Source: Syncephalis fuscata S228
Lineage: Eukaryota; Fungi; Zoopagomycota
Assembly: GCA_025786725.1 (NCBI GenBank)
Contig: JAHLTZ010000016.1
Location: forward strand, 477,154 to 541,153
Length of the DNA: 64,000 bases
Direction of reading: 5' to 3'
A model generated the notes under the pieces. It worked only from the letters and a program-made list of their open reading frames with translations. It did no database searches and was not told where the DNA came from. Shown one piece after another: positions 25,218-38,161 of the stretch (the first letter of the stretch is position 1; each line of letters begins with the position of its first letter). Position numbers and translations under genes: made by a program.

Positions 25218-27683
25218 ATGACAGCAACAACATCTAGCACGCTGCATAGCGATGACAATTATGGTCATGGCAATGGCATAAACACATTGCCAAGCCACCA
25301 GCCACTACCATTATCTCCCCGTTTGTTTGGCGATCAAGGAGAGGACGCGTTTTCATCCGGCGAATGCTCGCCGTTAACTTCTTGGCTCGACCTGAATCCA
25401 ATGGACACTTCAGCCAATATCGATACAAGTACACATTTTGTTTCAACAGAAACGTCCGATAGGTCTTTTACACCATCTGAGGAGCCAGTGCTACTGCCGG
25501 ATTGGGCTGTTGCTACCATTTCGTCCGTATTACAAGACGAGAAATTACAGTCACTCGATGAGAAGAATGAAGTAACTGTTGATACACACCCGTCTCCGTT
25601 AAATGTCCTCTCATCAGAAATACTTGATATTGGTGATGATGACTACAATCGAAATAATAGCAAATCTACTGCTTATGATATTGCTACGACCGCTTCACTG
25701 GCAATGAGGCATAAATTATCGCCATCACCACTTCAAGTATCGACATGTCAAGGCCTCGATCATTCTACAACAGAGCAAAAAATTCACACTTCTCATTTCG
25801 ATCAACCTACTTTTACGAGGACGGTATCAACGGAGTGTAATACGCCGTGCAACGCCACAGCCACCATCATCACTACAACTACTGCCACCGATGGTATTGC
25901 CTCTGTATTACAGAAAAGAAGTTTACCAGCAAGTGAGGCATTTTTGAAACATTGTCCAACCGCATCGCCACCAGGTAGGTGTAATATTTATTTTTGGCCT
26001 TGGTCATGCCTTAACTGGGCTGACTTAGGCGTTACCTTTATTCAGAATTAATTTATGAGATTTTTGTGTACAGCCATATTTAGTGATGCCTTGTTTATTC
26101 CCAATACCACGGATGATATTGACGAGGCTTCTTCTGCCACCGATTTGGGCCTTGCCTCCTTGCTTCAAGTCGATTCGCAAAAGAGTATTAATACAGACGC
26201 AAGAAGCAATACATCAAGACTAAACGTACAAAATCATAACGATAACAAGACAACGTTAACACCGCATACGCCACCACTATTTGATATACCCATGGATCCC
26301 CGTGCTATTTCGTCCAAATCTACAGCCAATGATGCTATAGTTGCTACCACACAAGCACTATTTGCTGCATTGCCCATAGATGATCCTGGTGCTGCTATGA
26401 CGGCAGCCAATGCTATGGCACTGATGGCTGGGTTGCCTTTATTGTTTTCCCCACAGCAAATACGAAAAGCATCGCCTTCGTTTCCCATGTCGCCTACAAT
26501 GGGCACTGGGCTACATACGCCAACGGGAAGTACTTCTCCACCGGCCTCTTCGGCCTCGGTCATGCCACCGATACCAGTTATGTCCCAAGCTGGTCATGGT
26601 AGTCCAAACTATTACCATAGAAGTGCACCCATGGGTATTCCTAATTCGATGATTCATCCAATGAATATGTCTATACCGAATGCTGCCTACTCGCCTATGC
26701 CGTTTGCTACTACTGCTGCGCCATTCCTAGGACAAATACCAGCATCAGCACCAGCGCTGTCATTGTCCTCGCAGTCTAAATCGTTACCCGTTTACGCCAA
26801 GTCAGTACCAAGTATCCATCGTCCATTACCTACACGCCTGCAGTTAAATAATACGAATTCATCGTATGCTGGTAATTCTCCTTTGCTTACGCCAACTGAG
26901 GATAGTTTTACAAATTTACCTGATCAGTCTAATCATGGCTGTGTTAATACACGTAAGCGATTGCGCGATGATACCGACGAACAGCAGTCTCGTCCATCGC
27001 CTGCATCTCGTGCCATTATACCAACAATATCGATGACTACACCGGCCTTATCATCAAATACACTACCACTTATTGCACCGGCCACTTCAGAACATCCAAC
27101 GACCAGCAATCAAAGCCTTGATGACCAACGACCTCGCCGGCAACGTCCACGCTTCCCCGGGGATATGTATACACCATCGTGGGTCCGTTATGCCGGCCAG
27201 TCTAAGGAAGGTTGTTGTGAGGACTGTAAACCAAATAAATGGCTGCAATTGAAGAATAGTGCTTATTGGTATCATAAGCAATTCTACCATGGCATTTCCT
27301 CTGTATCGGGACGACCATTCATTGCTCCATTAGAGACACGTGTACGCGATCGCGATATGATTGAAGGCTTGTGCCATCAATGCCGAGCCTGGGTGCCTGT
27401 TGCTAGTCATCGACGACGTAACTGTGTTCTATGGTATCGACATGCCCACAAATGCCATGTCTACCAACGACCACGTATTGTTACCGCCAATGCTATCACT
27501 TCTGATGTGGAGGACCAGCCACAACAGCAGCCACAGCCACAGCAACCGCTGGCACCGGCACCAGCACCATCACAACAGTTGCTAAATCATTATCCTATGT
27601 CTTCATTAGTATTATCATCATCGGTGGATATGCCCACGGTGATTGCTACTAATCCAGCTGCTTCTTCACTTCAGCTGTATTAG
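25218..27683 (+). CDS. Transcription regulator with a Rua1 C-terminal/DUF4451 (Meu26-like) Cys/His domain; intron 25975-26073
   Basis: DMYTPSWVR...KEGCCEDCKPNKWLQLKNSAYWYHKQFYHGISSVSG...EGLCHQC...WYRHAHKCH, preceded by a long disordered S/P/T-rich region. Confidence 0.85.
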
Positions 27684-28543
27684 GCACAGAACTTTAATTT
27701 GTGTTTTGTTTCTATTTCCTTTTCTTTTGTTTGTTTTCTTTAAGCATTGATGATTGTCTTGTTATCCTTTTTTAATTTTCAATTATATTAAATCCTGTAC
27801 TTTGTCGCACAATAGACATTTGTTGCATTTAAAACAAGTTGATCAAATGTTTATAGGAAATTTTTAGTTATATTTGCTACAAGTATATCGCTGGAAGCCT
27901 TTTAACAAGTAAAATACGTTTAGCATTGTTGTTGATATCGCTAAAATGAACTAAATTACGCAAATAAACAGTTTTAAATTAAAATTCATTGTATTTATTG
28001 TAATTAACTTTTTTCTCATCAAGGTTTTTTAACTTTGCAACTTTTATTCTTCAATAATGTTATAAATACATAATGCTGTTACCCAGATAATAATAAAGAT
28101 GCATTTTATAATACAATTCATTCTAGCTTATTATCAAAATTTATACAATTAAAATTTTTGTTATAAATCTGTTAAGTTAAGCTATTGTTAAAAATTAAAG
28201 TCATTTGATATTAATACTATTTTTTATTAAACTAATATTAAAACATTTGGATAAGCTACTTTTATTCTTTTCCCTTCTTTAGTTGCTTGGTCAACATTAC
28301 ATCATTTTATTGTTGTTGTTGTAACACTGTCATTCTTTTTATTGAATCAAAAGCAGGCTAAGCTTTGTAATAAGAAATAATAGCATTCGTTGAGTTACTA
28401 CAATTGTTAGTGTATATTAAATACTAGAATATGTACTTAATACTTTTACTTGTACATCTTTTGTTTTACAATTGAGAATGTAGCAACAACATTTGTAATG
28501 TATTTAGTAACATATTTAATGGCATCATTGCCATAATTATATG

Positions 28544-28791
28544 AACAATTATTAAAATGTTCAAGATTGCATTAAACTGTTTTTACCAGGCCAGTTTTCT
28601 ACTTTTTGGCAGTTAACACAAACTGACATTTGTTGCTGAAACAGTCTTCATGAGAACAAATTAGCTGTAATCTTGTTAAATATCTTTTTTCTCTTAAAAT
28701 TGCAATTGCTAATAAGCTTAAATTCTTTAACGGCGGCCCTCAGTTCTTCAATACTGTTAAATCTAGTTTCTTTAAGTAGTTTAGTAAACAT
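28544..28791 (-). pseudogene. Decayed MuDR/FAR1-type (MULE transposase) DNA-binding domain remnant
   Basis: Minus-strand translation with one frameshift and stops: RFNSIEELRAAVKEF..NCNFKRKK/TRLQLICSHEDCFSNKCQFVLTAKK*KTGLVKTV*CNLEHFNNC. Confidence 0.5.
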
Positions 28792-28929
28792 TTGGTAAAA
28801 TTTTCAAAACGGTATATTTTGGTAAATTTCCCTAATAAAAATTCTATTTGATTTTTATATTACTTACAATAAATATAATAAATAAAAGTAATAAATAAAT
28901 GTCAATCCATATTATTGTTGCTGTAAAAT

Positions 28930-29005
28930 ATTCAAATCACTATAATTTGATGACTAATGTCATTCACCATCCACCATCATGTTCAATAGATTAAATGGTA
29001 TTAAA
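28930..29005 (-). repeat. Dispersed copy of the repeat in the left arm of the 5S-flanking inverted repeat (similar to ~9030-9100)
   Basis: Reverse complement TATTGAACATGATGGTGGATGGTGAATGACATTAGTCATCAAA versus 9049+ TATTGAACATAACGATGGGTGGTGAGTGACGTCAGCCATTAAA. Confidence 0.65.
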
Positions 29006-29392
29006 ATAATCGGTGGCAGGCAAATGCTGCAAATGCGCGGTTAGGTCCTACGGACCGTTGTCTTACTCAAGCTAATAAATTTGAAACCAAAATGTTATTA
29101 AAATAGTCATTTTAACCATAAATCATGCTAAATGGCTAATAATGTTTAATTAAACTTTATAATAGTGTTAAATGGCACACAATATTTTATACAATGATGC
29201 ATTTTATTTAATTTAATTAACAAGTACTAAAAATTAAAAGTTAAAAATGAAATGGTACATAGTATGTGTATATTAGTGGAATAACACTAACACAATCAAA
29301 TAGAACAATTAACTAAATAATTATTGATATCATTGCTAAAATAGCTAACATGGCTGTAATTGTAGTGAATGTAACTCATTGTAATATGCTAG

Positions 29393-29497
29393 TATTCAAT
29401 CAATCTTTCTACACATAACCAACAACAACAATGACCAACCTCAAATGTTTCAAAAAAAAATCAAATAGTACGTTATGTTATGTTATTTAAATCAATC
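29393..29497 (+). repeat. Dispersed ~105-bp repeat, copy 1 (copy 2 at 59965-60068)
   Basis: TATTCAATCAATCTTTCTACACAT..CCAACAACAACAA..CCTCA.ATGTT.CAAA..ATCAAATAGTAC..TTATTTAAATCAAT is shared by both copies. Confidence 0.85.
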
Positions 29498-29705
29498 TAA
29501 TCAAATCATTACGATCGATTGCGTAAAAAGATTTATTGCGTTAAAGTAAGGGGCACAAAGTAGGTGTCAATTTCGTTTTGTTTACCTTTGACACTCTTGG
29601 CATTACTGGTCTTTTTTCTTGGCTTTACTTATCTTATTTCTCGGTCGTTCCTCCACTCTTTTGTTATATTGTATTGTGTAGTTTTGTTTTTTCTTTACCG
29701 GTGGG

Positions 29706-30741
29706 ATGGCACGTCCTAGACTTGATCGCTTTGGTTTGGCAATCTTGCTATGTACACTCAATATTCTGGTTTACATTGTGGTTATTATTGCTGCTATACT
29801 TAATCTGCTATCTGCAGATTTTGCTACCATCATCATCAATGTCTATATTATGTATGTAGCTACTAACAATTGCTGAATAACCATAACAAGCTAATATTCT
29901 GATAGAATACTCTCGCTTTGTTTGATTGTAAATGAATTTCAAACACCTGTTTTGGTTCAAGAATATTTTAAGTTTACTTGTACCTTTCTTGGTCGTGGAC
30001 TTGTGTTTTTCTTGTAGGTTAAATTGTTATAATAATAATAATGATAATAATAATAGTAACAACGATGATAACATTAATGAATATTGATAATTTGGTATAA
30101 ATAGTCTAGGTTGTGTAGTTATTCGAAGAGAGCGATTTAATGTAGTTGCTGGTATTGTGGCAGCGGCTGTTGGTGTGTTTTATTTGATTCTGTCATTCAC
30201 ACCAGGTACACCCAGTTTGCTTGGTCTTTTTGTTGTATTCCGAGAGAGGCGTGATTACTGGAATGAGCGGGAGGCAAAAAAGCTTTCTCAACAAGCTGCT
30301 CGTAGTCAAATTATAGTAACGAATCATTTGAACAGTAAGTTGTATAAATATATAAATATATAAATATATAATAGTGTTTATTGAATACAATAATTAATGT
30401 GTGTATTGATATTAGATCAATCGAATCAAACATTAGCCACGAAAACAATATCACCATATGCTTCTGGCCATCCTAGTCAGGTTAGTTTCAATACAAGTGA
30501 ACAACAGCAACAGCGACCATCCGAACCGGATCAGCATATGCCTGAAGCTCGCCGTTCTCGTGTCAGTATTCAATTATCGCAGATTAGTTTACCTGAAGGA
30601 GCCACTAAACAGGTTGAATTACCTCCACCGCCTCCAACTAATTATCCTTATCCTTATGCAACGTCCAATGGTAGTCGGCCTTCTTTTAATAATAGCCAGA
30701 CATCAGTTCCTCAGCCACCGGCTGCCATTCATAGCGAATGA
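29706..30741 (+). CDS. COPI-associated (Tvp15-like) Golgi membrane protein, 4 exons
   Basis: Hydrophobic exons (MARPRLDRFGLAILLCTLNIL...; LIVNEF...EYFKFTCTFLGRGLVFF) and a P/Q/S-rich C-tail. Confidence 0.7.
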
Positions 30742-31011
30742 TAATATGGCGTGCTAAAAATGCTTAGAGTATGACACAGTTGTATTATAATGTTATCAAT
30801 ATTATATTATACGTTATATTGTTTTTGTTGAATTTTGTTTTATTGCACCAATCTAACTTGTAGTTGAGGAGAAACAGCTGTGTAAGCATCTGCACTGCTT
30901 GTAACATCATCCTATCGAGTGCAATAATTGCCATGTTTAGTAAAAACATTATAGACATTAGAAATTAAAATTAATTTTTTTCTTTTTTTTCTTTCTTCCT
31001 TTGTTGTAATA

Positions 31012-31903
31012 ATGCCTAAGAAATCAGTACCTAAAAAGTCACAAACGAAATCTACGGCCGACGAGGCGGTGATTGCCAAGAAGCGTAGGCATAGTAGAGA
31101 TTGCTAAAGATTGTTGCTTATAATGTGGGATTATATAGAAAAAAGTAATGGCAAAACGGCTATTGACGATATATTTGCTGGTCGTGTTACTGCACCTACA
31201 CCTACCACAAATACAGATACAGTAGTGGAAAAGGTCAAAACATCGAAAGCAATTAAGAAACAAAGGATTTCAGCTCAAACTAGTGATAGCCATAATACAG
31301 ATACTAATAATAGTGTGAATAGTGCAACAGACAAAACAACAAACAAAAAGCAACGTAAAAGTAAAAAGACAAAATTGGTACAATCAGCACAAGAGACGAC
31401 AATCAGCACAACAGCAACAACAATAAATTCAGCAAAATCAACAAAATCTACCGCACAAGAAACTGTTGTCGTATTTGATGAGCCTACTGGAGAGAAATCA
31501 CGTCAAGAAGAAAAGCTTAGAAAGCGGAAACGTGTCAATGCTGGTACGGGAATTACAACGACCACGACAGCCACAAGTACCATGGATGATGCATTTGCTG
31601 ACACGCGTGGCAGCCAATCCTGTATGTAGCGCTATAAGTGGAATGCGTTGCCATGAATCTAATTTATATGCAACTAGCTCGCTACACCGAAGATGGCCTG
31701 CCTATCTATGATGCTAAATTACTGCGTATTGGTGAGGGCGGAGGTAAGTAATTAATCAGCAGGCCTTAGTGTCTCTATAATATTGTTCTCATTGTATGTT
31801 ACAGATACCGATCAATGTCCGTTTGATTGCGAATGCTGTTGTAAGTAGCTGGTTAATCGTATGACTATGGGCAATATACTAACCAATGAATTGCGCAGTT
31901 TAA
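31012..31903 (+). CDS. DUF1764-family protein
   Basis: Lys/Thr-rich N-terminus with IDDIFA, and a spliced C-terminus DDAFADTRG...TEDGLPIYDAKLLRIGEGGDTDQCPFDCECCF. Confidence 0.85.
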
Positions 31904-32414
31904 GTCTTATTGGTAATTAACTACCGGCTAATCCTAATTATTGCTTGGTATGTCATCGATGAAAGGCTTGTCGGCTACCTGCTGATGATACTAACGAGAG
32001 TGTGCACCAATGATGTCGGTGAGGTCAGCCGACCATGGAGTTCCTTTAAGTAATAAAGCTGTCGACCAACTTATCTACTCTCACACACTCACACGCAGAT
32101 CCATAGTTTGCCTTTTCTTCTTTCTCTCACTCACCTACTCTATCACTCACTCTCAGTCTATCACTTTCTCTACTTATCTGTCTTTTGGTATCTGTGTATC
32201 TGCATGCGTGCATATATATGTTTACAAGTGTTTTGGCTAGCGTGCTAACATTAACCACTATTTCTACTCATACCACTACTATCATACTGCGTTTATAGTT
32301 TATTTCGCCGAAAGTCTATCTTTTTAAACTTTATTCGCCGTCTCATCCTATTTAGTGACTGGTTATTAAGCTTATTGCTACCAATACACAAAGATATTGC
32401 TCATCTTGGTCATT

Positions 32415-33008
32415 ATGGGGCTTATTCGTAAACAGTTTCTTAATGGCAACCGTGTATACAGCTGCAAACAGTGCACCACGCACTTGGCTCCTAAAGACGA
32501 TGTTATGTCTACGGTAATTGTCGTACTTTCCTTTTTCTATTTATAAATAATAGCAGCGACGATAGCGACGCATTCCTCATATGTTCAGCCGCACTAACAT
32601 ATGAGCGCTGTAGGCATTTCAAGGCCAGAAGGGTCGTGCCTATCTTTTCCGAGCTGTGTAAGTTAGCTGAATAGAAGGCTGTTTCATAAACGTATCGACG
32701 GTTTCTAATGACGACACCGTCTTCGTTTTTTTCCACTTTTTCAGTGTTAATGTAGTTGAAGGGCCTATTCAGGACCGGGAAATGACGACTGGCCGACACA
32801 TTGTACGCGATATCGAGTGTATTGAATGCCATCAAGTAATTGGCTGGCGATACGTAAGTGACTTGTATAATTGTTGGGTTTTCTTTGGCCCAATGAATAA
32901 CGTCATAATCGTTTGTTCCGTGTATAGGTTAAGGCCTATGAAGAGTCTCAGCGATACAAAGAAGGACGCTTTATACTGGAGAAGGAGCTGTTAGTGCTGC
33001 TAACGTAG
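32415..33008 (+). CDS. Yippee-like zinc-binding protein (MOH1/YPEL family), 4 exons
   Basis: YSCKQCTTHLA, AFQGQKGRAYLF, MTTGRHIVRDIECIECHQVIGWRY and AYEESQRYKEGRFILE. Confidence 0.93.
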
Positions 33009-33441
33009 TCTTCGATACTACTCCTGTGTAATTAATATTTTGCGTATTGGCCGCTAAGAGTCCTTGTTACTGCAGTTACTGCAGCTATTTTTACCGTTGC
33101 TGTATATTATTAGTGTTGACGTGTTGACGTGTGCGTATTTGCAAAGAAGAGATGAATAAACGCTGCTATAGTATACTATTAGCTTTAGTATATTTTTATG
33201 TTTGTTTTAAAACAAGAAAAAAAAAGTAAATATTAAGAATGTTGTGTAAATTATCATAATTACTAATACCATAATGATAACAATAGTAATTAACTTTTTT
33301 AAATATTAATATAAAGATTATAATTAAATTCTAAGTTGTTGTTTAAATATTCAAATCATGTTGGCCATTTTAAAAATTATTGTGACTGGTAAATGTAAAC
33401 TTTTATTTTAGTTGAAGCAAAGTGTTATGATTGCACGGGGG

Positions 33442-33487
33442 GAGGAAGAGAGGAAGAGGAAGAGGAAGAGGAAGAGGAAGAGGAAGA
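33442..33487 (+). repeat. (GAGGAA)n purine microsatellite
   Basis: About 7 units in intergenic DNA. Confidence 0.9.
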
Positions 33488-34114
33488 AAAGGTGATTACT
33501 TGTTAAATTCAATAAATTTTAATATTATATTTGACTAGTGTAATAATATCAAATATTTTGTGGTAATCATTGCATTGTAAATATACACATCGTACTGCTA
33601 TTTTTTTGTATTTGTGTACAAAATGTATTGTGATCTGATCAAAAGGGCGTAATGCTGTTCAGCGATTTAATTTACACTGACAATTCCGATTTGTAAAAAA
33701 CCAGCCACTATAGTAAATATAATAAAGCCAGTGATTCATTAAACATTAGGCAATATTTTTATAGTATTCAGTATCGTGTAGATTCGATTGTGTCATAGAC
33801 AGTGAGAGTGATATAACGTGGCTATAAGTTATATTGATTACAAATAAAAGGAAGCATTCAGATAGTTGTTAACTCAATGCCACAAAATATCGCCAGTTTA
33901 AATTGTTAATTAGCTGAAATTGAAATAATTGTTTTAAATTCAGACATTTGGTTGCCAAACTTAGAACTTCGATTGGACAAACGTATCCCCAACACATATA
34001 AGAATAGACCAGTATTACTCTTTACTTTCTGTTAAACACTTGCTGCTATCTATTCCATATCAAACACAATCTATTGTTTATTCTACTTGCTTGTTTCAAC
34101 AAATCAATAGCACC

Positions 34115-34333
34115 ATGAAGCTTTCTATTGCCATCGCCTGCACCATCGTTATGGCTTTTGTAATCAATACAGCAATGGTGGATGCTAAGCCAGCTTTAAT
34201 ACGTCGTGCTGGTGGGCAAATTAATACTAAACTCTGCTGTCCTTGCTGTCCTAGTCCTGCTAGTGCATCCGTCGCTTGCGTTATTTGTCCTGCCCAGAAT
34301 TGTCTTGCTGTGCTTTGCAAAAGCCTAAACTAA
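34115..34333 (+). CDS. Small secreted cysteine-rich protein (72 aa)
   Basis: Kozak-like CACCATGAAG, signal peptide MKLSIAIACTIVMAFVINTAMVDA, pro-segment KPALIRR and 8 Cys in the mature part. TATA-like site near 33997. Confidence 0.8.
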   Translation: MKLSIAIACTIVMAFVINTAMVDAKPALIRRAGGQINTKLCCPCCPSPASASVACVICPAQNCLAVLCKSLN

Positions 34334-35325
34334 TCGGCTTTCTCAAGACATTAGCATTGGTAGTAAAGCTGGACTGCTAGTTTAATATATTTCAGGTATA
34401 TATTCGGCAAAAAGCAAAAATATTTAGCACTTGCCGTTTAGTTCATTTATACATCAAGTTCCTACCAATGCTTCGGTTTATTTGACTTTCAATCAATAGA
34501 ATTATTGTATTGCTGATAAGTTTGAATTTAATTGAATATAATCAACTATGCGAACTTGTAATAAATATATGATTTCATTTCAAAAATGTGCATGAAAATA
34601 GAACAATAATTCATAAGTGGCTTAAGTAATTCAGCGTACTAGAGCCTAAAGAGACTTGGATAGTAAATGACAAAACAACGCAGCTCGGAAAAAAAGGATA
34701 TTCGGCATTAAAGTCAACGAGTATATAACTTTTCAAGTTTGTCCATTACGTAGAACAAGAAGATTGGCTCATATTTAAGATACAGTTAGATCAAATATCC
34801 ATGCTCAACCAACATGGCTATAAATCTATATACATATAAAAGTGTAGATAACAGTAACTGGAATTTAGAACTACATGTTGTTGCTGCAATATGGGAAATG
34901 ATGCTTTACAAAATATAATAAAGCTTGGTCAACAAACTTGACTTTCAAAAAAACAAATGTTCTGCTGTCATTACAAAAAATAATACATTTACACTTCAAA
35001 CTGTAATCGACAGAATGAAGCTACAGCTGTGTAATCCAACATTTATTACAGTTTGAAATTTTATACTTCAGACTGAGTAGCAGCTTACAGGTGGTAAACG
35101 TGGTTGTGATATTTGGCGTGGATTTGCCAAGGTAGATTAGGCATTGAAGCAGGTGTGAGTGCTGATAAGAAGTGAGTTGAAGGCACAAAGTTATCTGAAA
35201 AATGCATAGTTTGACCCATCCAATATTACTAATGTTAAACAATTAGCTACAACCATTACTATTTTATGATTACTAATGCTAGTTTGCTAATTTAAAGGCC
35301 TAAGGATTTTCTTGAACAAAATCGG

Positions 35326-35538
35326 GTCCCATTTATGGCGAATGAAGCCATAGATGCAATATTTAACGCGCCATCAGGTTAATATACTGCATCTGTATAT
35401 CTACGGCTATTTCGGGCTTTACGCGACAAAGCAGTGGAACTGAATGGCAGCGCAGAAAATGAAGCATCCGTTTCTTTCCATTGGTCGGCACGCAAAGTGG
35501 AGATTGCTTTTTGGGCCGCAGCAGTTTCAAATGTCTAA
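35326..35538 (+). pseudogene. Pseudogene fragment of an uncharacterised conserved eukaryotic protein (PFMxDEA...WxxxxVExALW type)
   Basis: VPFMANEAIDAIFNAPSG*YTASVYLRLFRALRDKAVELN...HWSARKVEIAFWAAAV with an in-frame TAA at 35380-35382. The upstream part is unrecognisable. Confidence 0.5.
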
Positions 35539-36091
35539 ATTCTTACGTATAATATAGTTGAATTAAGCCCCAATCAGAAGTATATCTATTTTAGCATTTG
35601 CAAATATTAGGCAGCTGCATTGCTAAATATGTAATTGCGTGAATAGTATGAGAAAACAGAGAGTTTAGACAAATATAATAATTTATTGGCTTTTAAAAGC
35701 ACTAGTATTAAGCTATAATAAACTCCAGTATCTTGATACATTCTATTGCTATTAAAAATGTATAACTTTAATTGAAACTTTACAATACTAGCTTATCATT
35801 ACAATCTAATAAGCTGCTAATACTAAATATCGGAATTTGTATTATAGCATTTCCATAGAATACCAAGTTTAAATCCCGCTTATAAACAAGAATAGAATTT
35901 ACACACTTATTAGCCAGTAGATGGATGTTCATTCGGCTATAAAAACCCGTTGATTTTGCCTACTAACTTAGTGTTATCATCAGCAACATTTTGAATTCCT
36001 TTTTTCGTTTAATCCAAATTCTTAAAGGCATCGCAGGTCGTGGTCATCTTCTGTCATTTTTGTTTGAAACAAAAAATCTTTTTCCGTCACC

Positions 36092-36313
36092 ATGAAAAGT
36101 TTTATTGCTAAAGCCAGTATACCTAGCGTATTAGTAGTGGCGGTCATGCTTAATCTTCCGGTTAGCCATCATGCTCTAGCCAAACCTATTGAAAGGCGCG
36201 CCAACAGTGTAGAAGCAGCTGTTTATCTAAATCCATTTACTGAAGTGCCCATAGTCGAAATTACGGATTACACAATTTTCACGCCACTCTACGATGTATT
36301 AGACCTCAATTAA
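36092..36313 (+). CDS. Small secreted peptide precursor (73 aa)
   Basis: CACCATGAAA start, signal peptide ending ALA, pro-segment KPIERR and an acidic/hydrophobic mature peptide. TATAAAA near 35938. Confidence 0.65.
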   Translation: MKSFIAKASIPSVLVVAVMLNLPVSHHALAKPIERRANSVEAAVYLNPFTEVPIVEITDYTIFTPLYDVLDLN

Positions 36314-37989
36314 ACTTGAATTTATATGTAAATATAATTCAGTTAATTATTTACCAATATTTAAAATGCATGTTTATCGATACTAATAAATGCAGGTCAT
36401 TTAAAGTTTAATCAAGTATATTATAATCGTCTATTTAATAAGCATTATTTTTGATTTAATGTTTTTTATTGCAAGTTATGTTATTTGTAGATTTTAACTC
36501 GGTTTGCTTAAATACATACATACATACATACTACAATTTATGCCAATAGTTATATACTTCAATTATTTGTTTAATTTACATCGTTTCATGCTATAATGAT
36601 AAAACATTAGAAACACTTGTAAAATCTTAATTTATAGCTACATTTCTAGTATCGATAAGAAGCAAACTGAAATGTTATCGAATCGAACGTGCAATCTTCA
36701 CATGAATCAACTTTCCAACAATGGTTATATTATAGCGCAATACCAATAGTATTGTTGAATTATAAAGTTTCTATTTTATTTTAAAATTAACCAGTACCAA
36801 TTCAGACAACGATAATAATATCCTACCTCCAGTCTATCTCTAGTTCAGCCGTAAAGGCAACGGTTAAGAAAGAAAGAAATAAATTGCAATAAAAAACAAA
36901 GACTTATTGCGTAGTAGTATCAGTCACACATAGCAACATTCCAGTGTTAGTTTTTAGTGCTATTTATCAAATAGTCGACAATAGGTATGCTCACAGCTAT
37001 TTGTAAAATATTGCTGTTATTTGCAAAATACATATTTATAAATGCTAAAAAGCAATGGTATTTACAAGTAGTATTAATTTAAAGCATGTAGCATAATAAT
37101 ACGAAGGCCATTCTTGCTTTGTACATATACTACCGGCTACGCACCAGGAAAGAAATTTTTATGAATGACGTGCACAGCCAAATATCAACACTTAAACCAA
37201 AGCTTGTTTATAAGCAGTAAAGTATGTAGTCATTGGTAACAAGAATCAGTTAGTTATACCAGTTCAAATATGCCACAATCCACAAAAACAAGTGCTTTAT
37301 AAATGGCGCTGATCATAGTGTTAGGAAATACTGGTGTTTAAGAAGTACCGATTAGTAAGATTGTCTAGGTAATGAAAATGAAAAAGCAGTCGGTAAAGAG
37401 ACAACAGTTTATATAGCCAACACAAAAGGTAAAGATAATTCATAGCAGAACAGACCATTTAAGAGAGTTTTGACAGTACATTGGAATGTACAAGTATATA
37501 CAATAGAAAATGCTCTCAAGTGGGAAGAAAGAGAAAGGAAATGTGATGACGTAAATTGTCAAATGTGGAGCTTGTCAGTCAATATTTATAAAAATGCAAG
37601 TTTAATTTATTAACAAGCGGAGTGTGAAATAATAAAAGTCAATCTACCAACAAGTCGGTATATCATATAACAATAAGTGAAGCAATAAACGCATTAAGAA
37701 TAAAAGTTGTTTGACATAAAAAATAACTCACCATCATAGAGCGTGTTTAACAATAAATAGTGAATGCATAAAAAACAAGTCATTTGAAACAAAAAGTCAC
37801 TATTATAAAACATGTTTATAAGCAAAGTGTCGCGTATGATTCAAGAATAGTTATTTTGATATCCAAAATGCAAATAAGCTTGTAAAAAATAACTTTAATT
37901 CCATATATATATTAACAAAAGAACAGCAATGAGTATACCATAGTTTAATATTGATAATGTTACGCAGCCACATATGTAGTGCGACAATA

Positions 37990-38036
37990 TTCTAGAGTGT
38001 TCCAGCGTTTTCTTTTTGGTTTTAGTATTTATAAAA
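37990..38036 (+). promoter_or_regulatory. Heat-shock element-like motif and TATA box upstream of HSP104
   Basis: TTC-ta-GAG-tg-TTC at 37990-38002 (imperfect nTTCnnGAAnnTTCn) and TATAAAA at 38030, about 130-170 nt before the ATG. Confidence 0.55.
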
Positions 38037-38161
38037 CAGTTTCGTTTTAAACTTGGTCACTCAGCTTTTATGCAAGCCATTTATTTCTCTTCAAAATTGA
38101 AATTTTAGGATAACTTTTTCATTCACTCTATTGTATTTTCTTCAAGTGTATTATCGCAAAA

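Noticed and set aside
36350-37950. A-rich intergenic stretch as a possible decayed TE or gene
   Set aside because: No reading frame or terminal structure could be reconstructed by eye.
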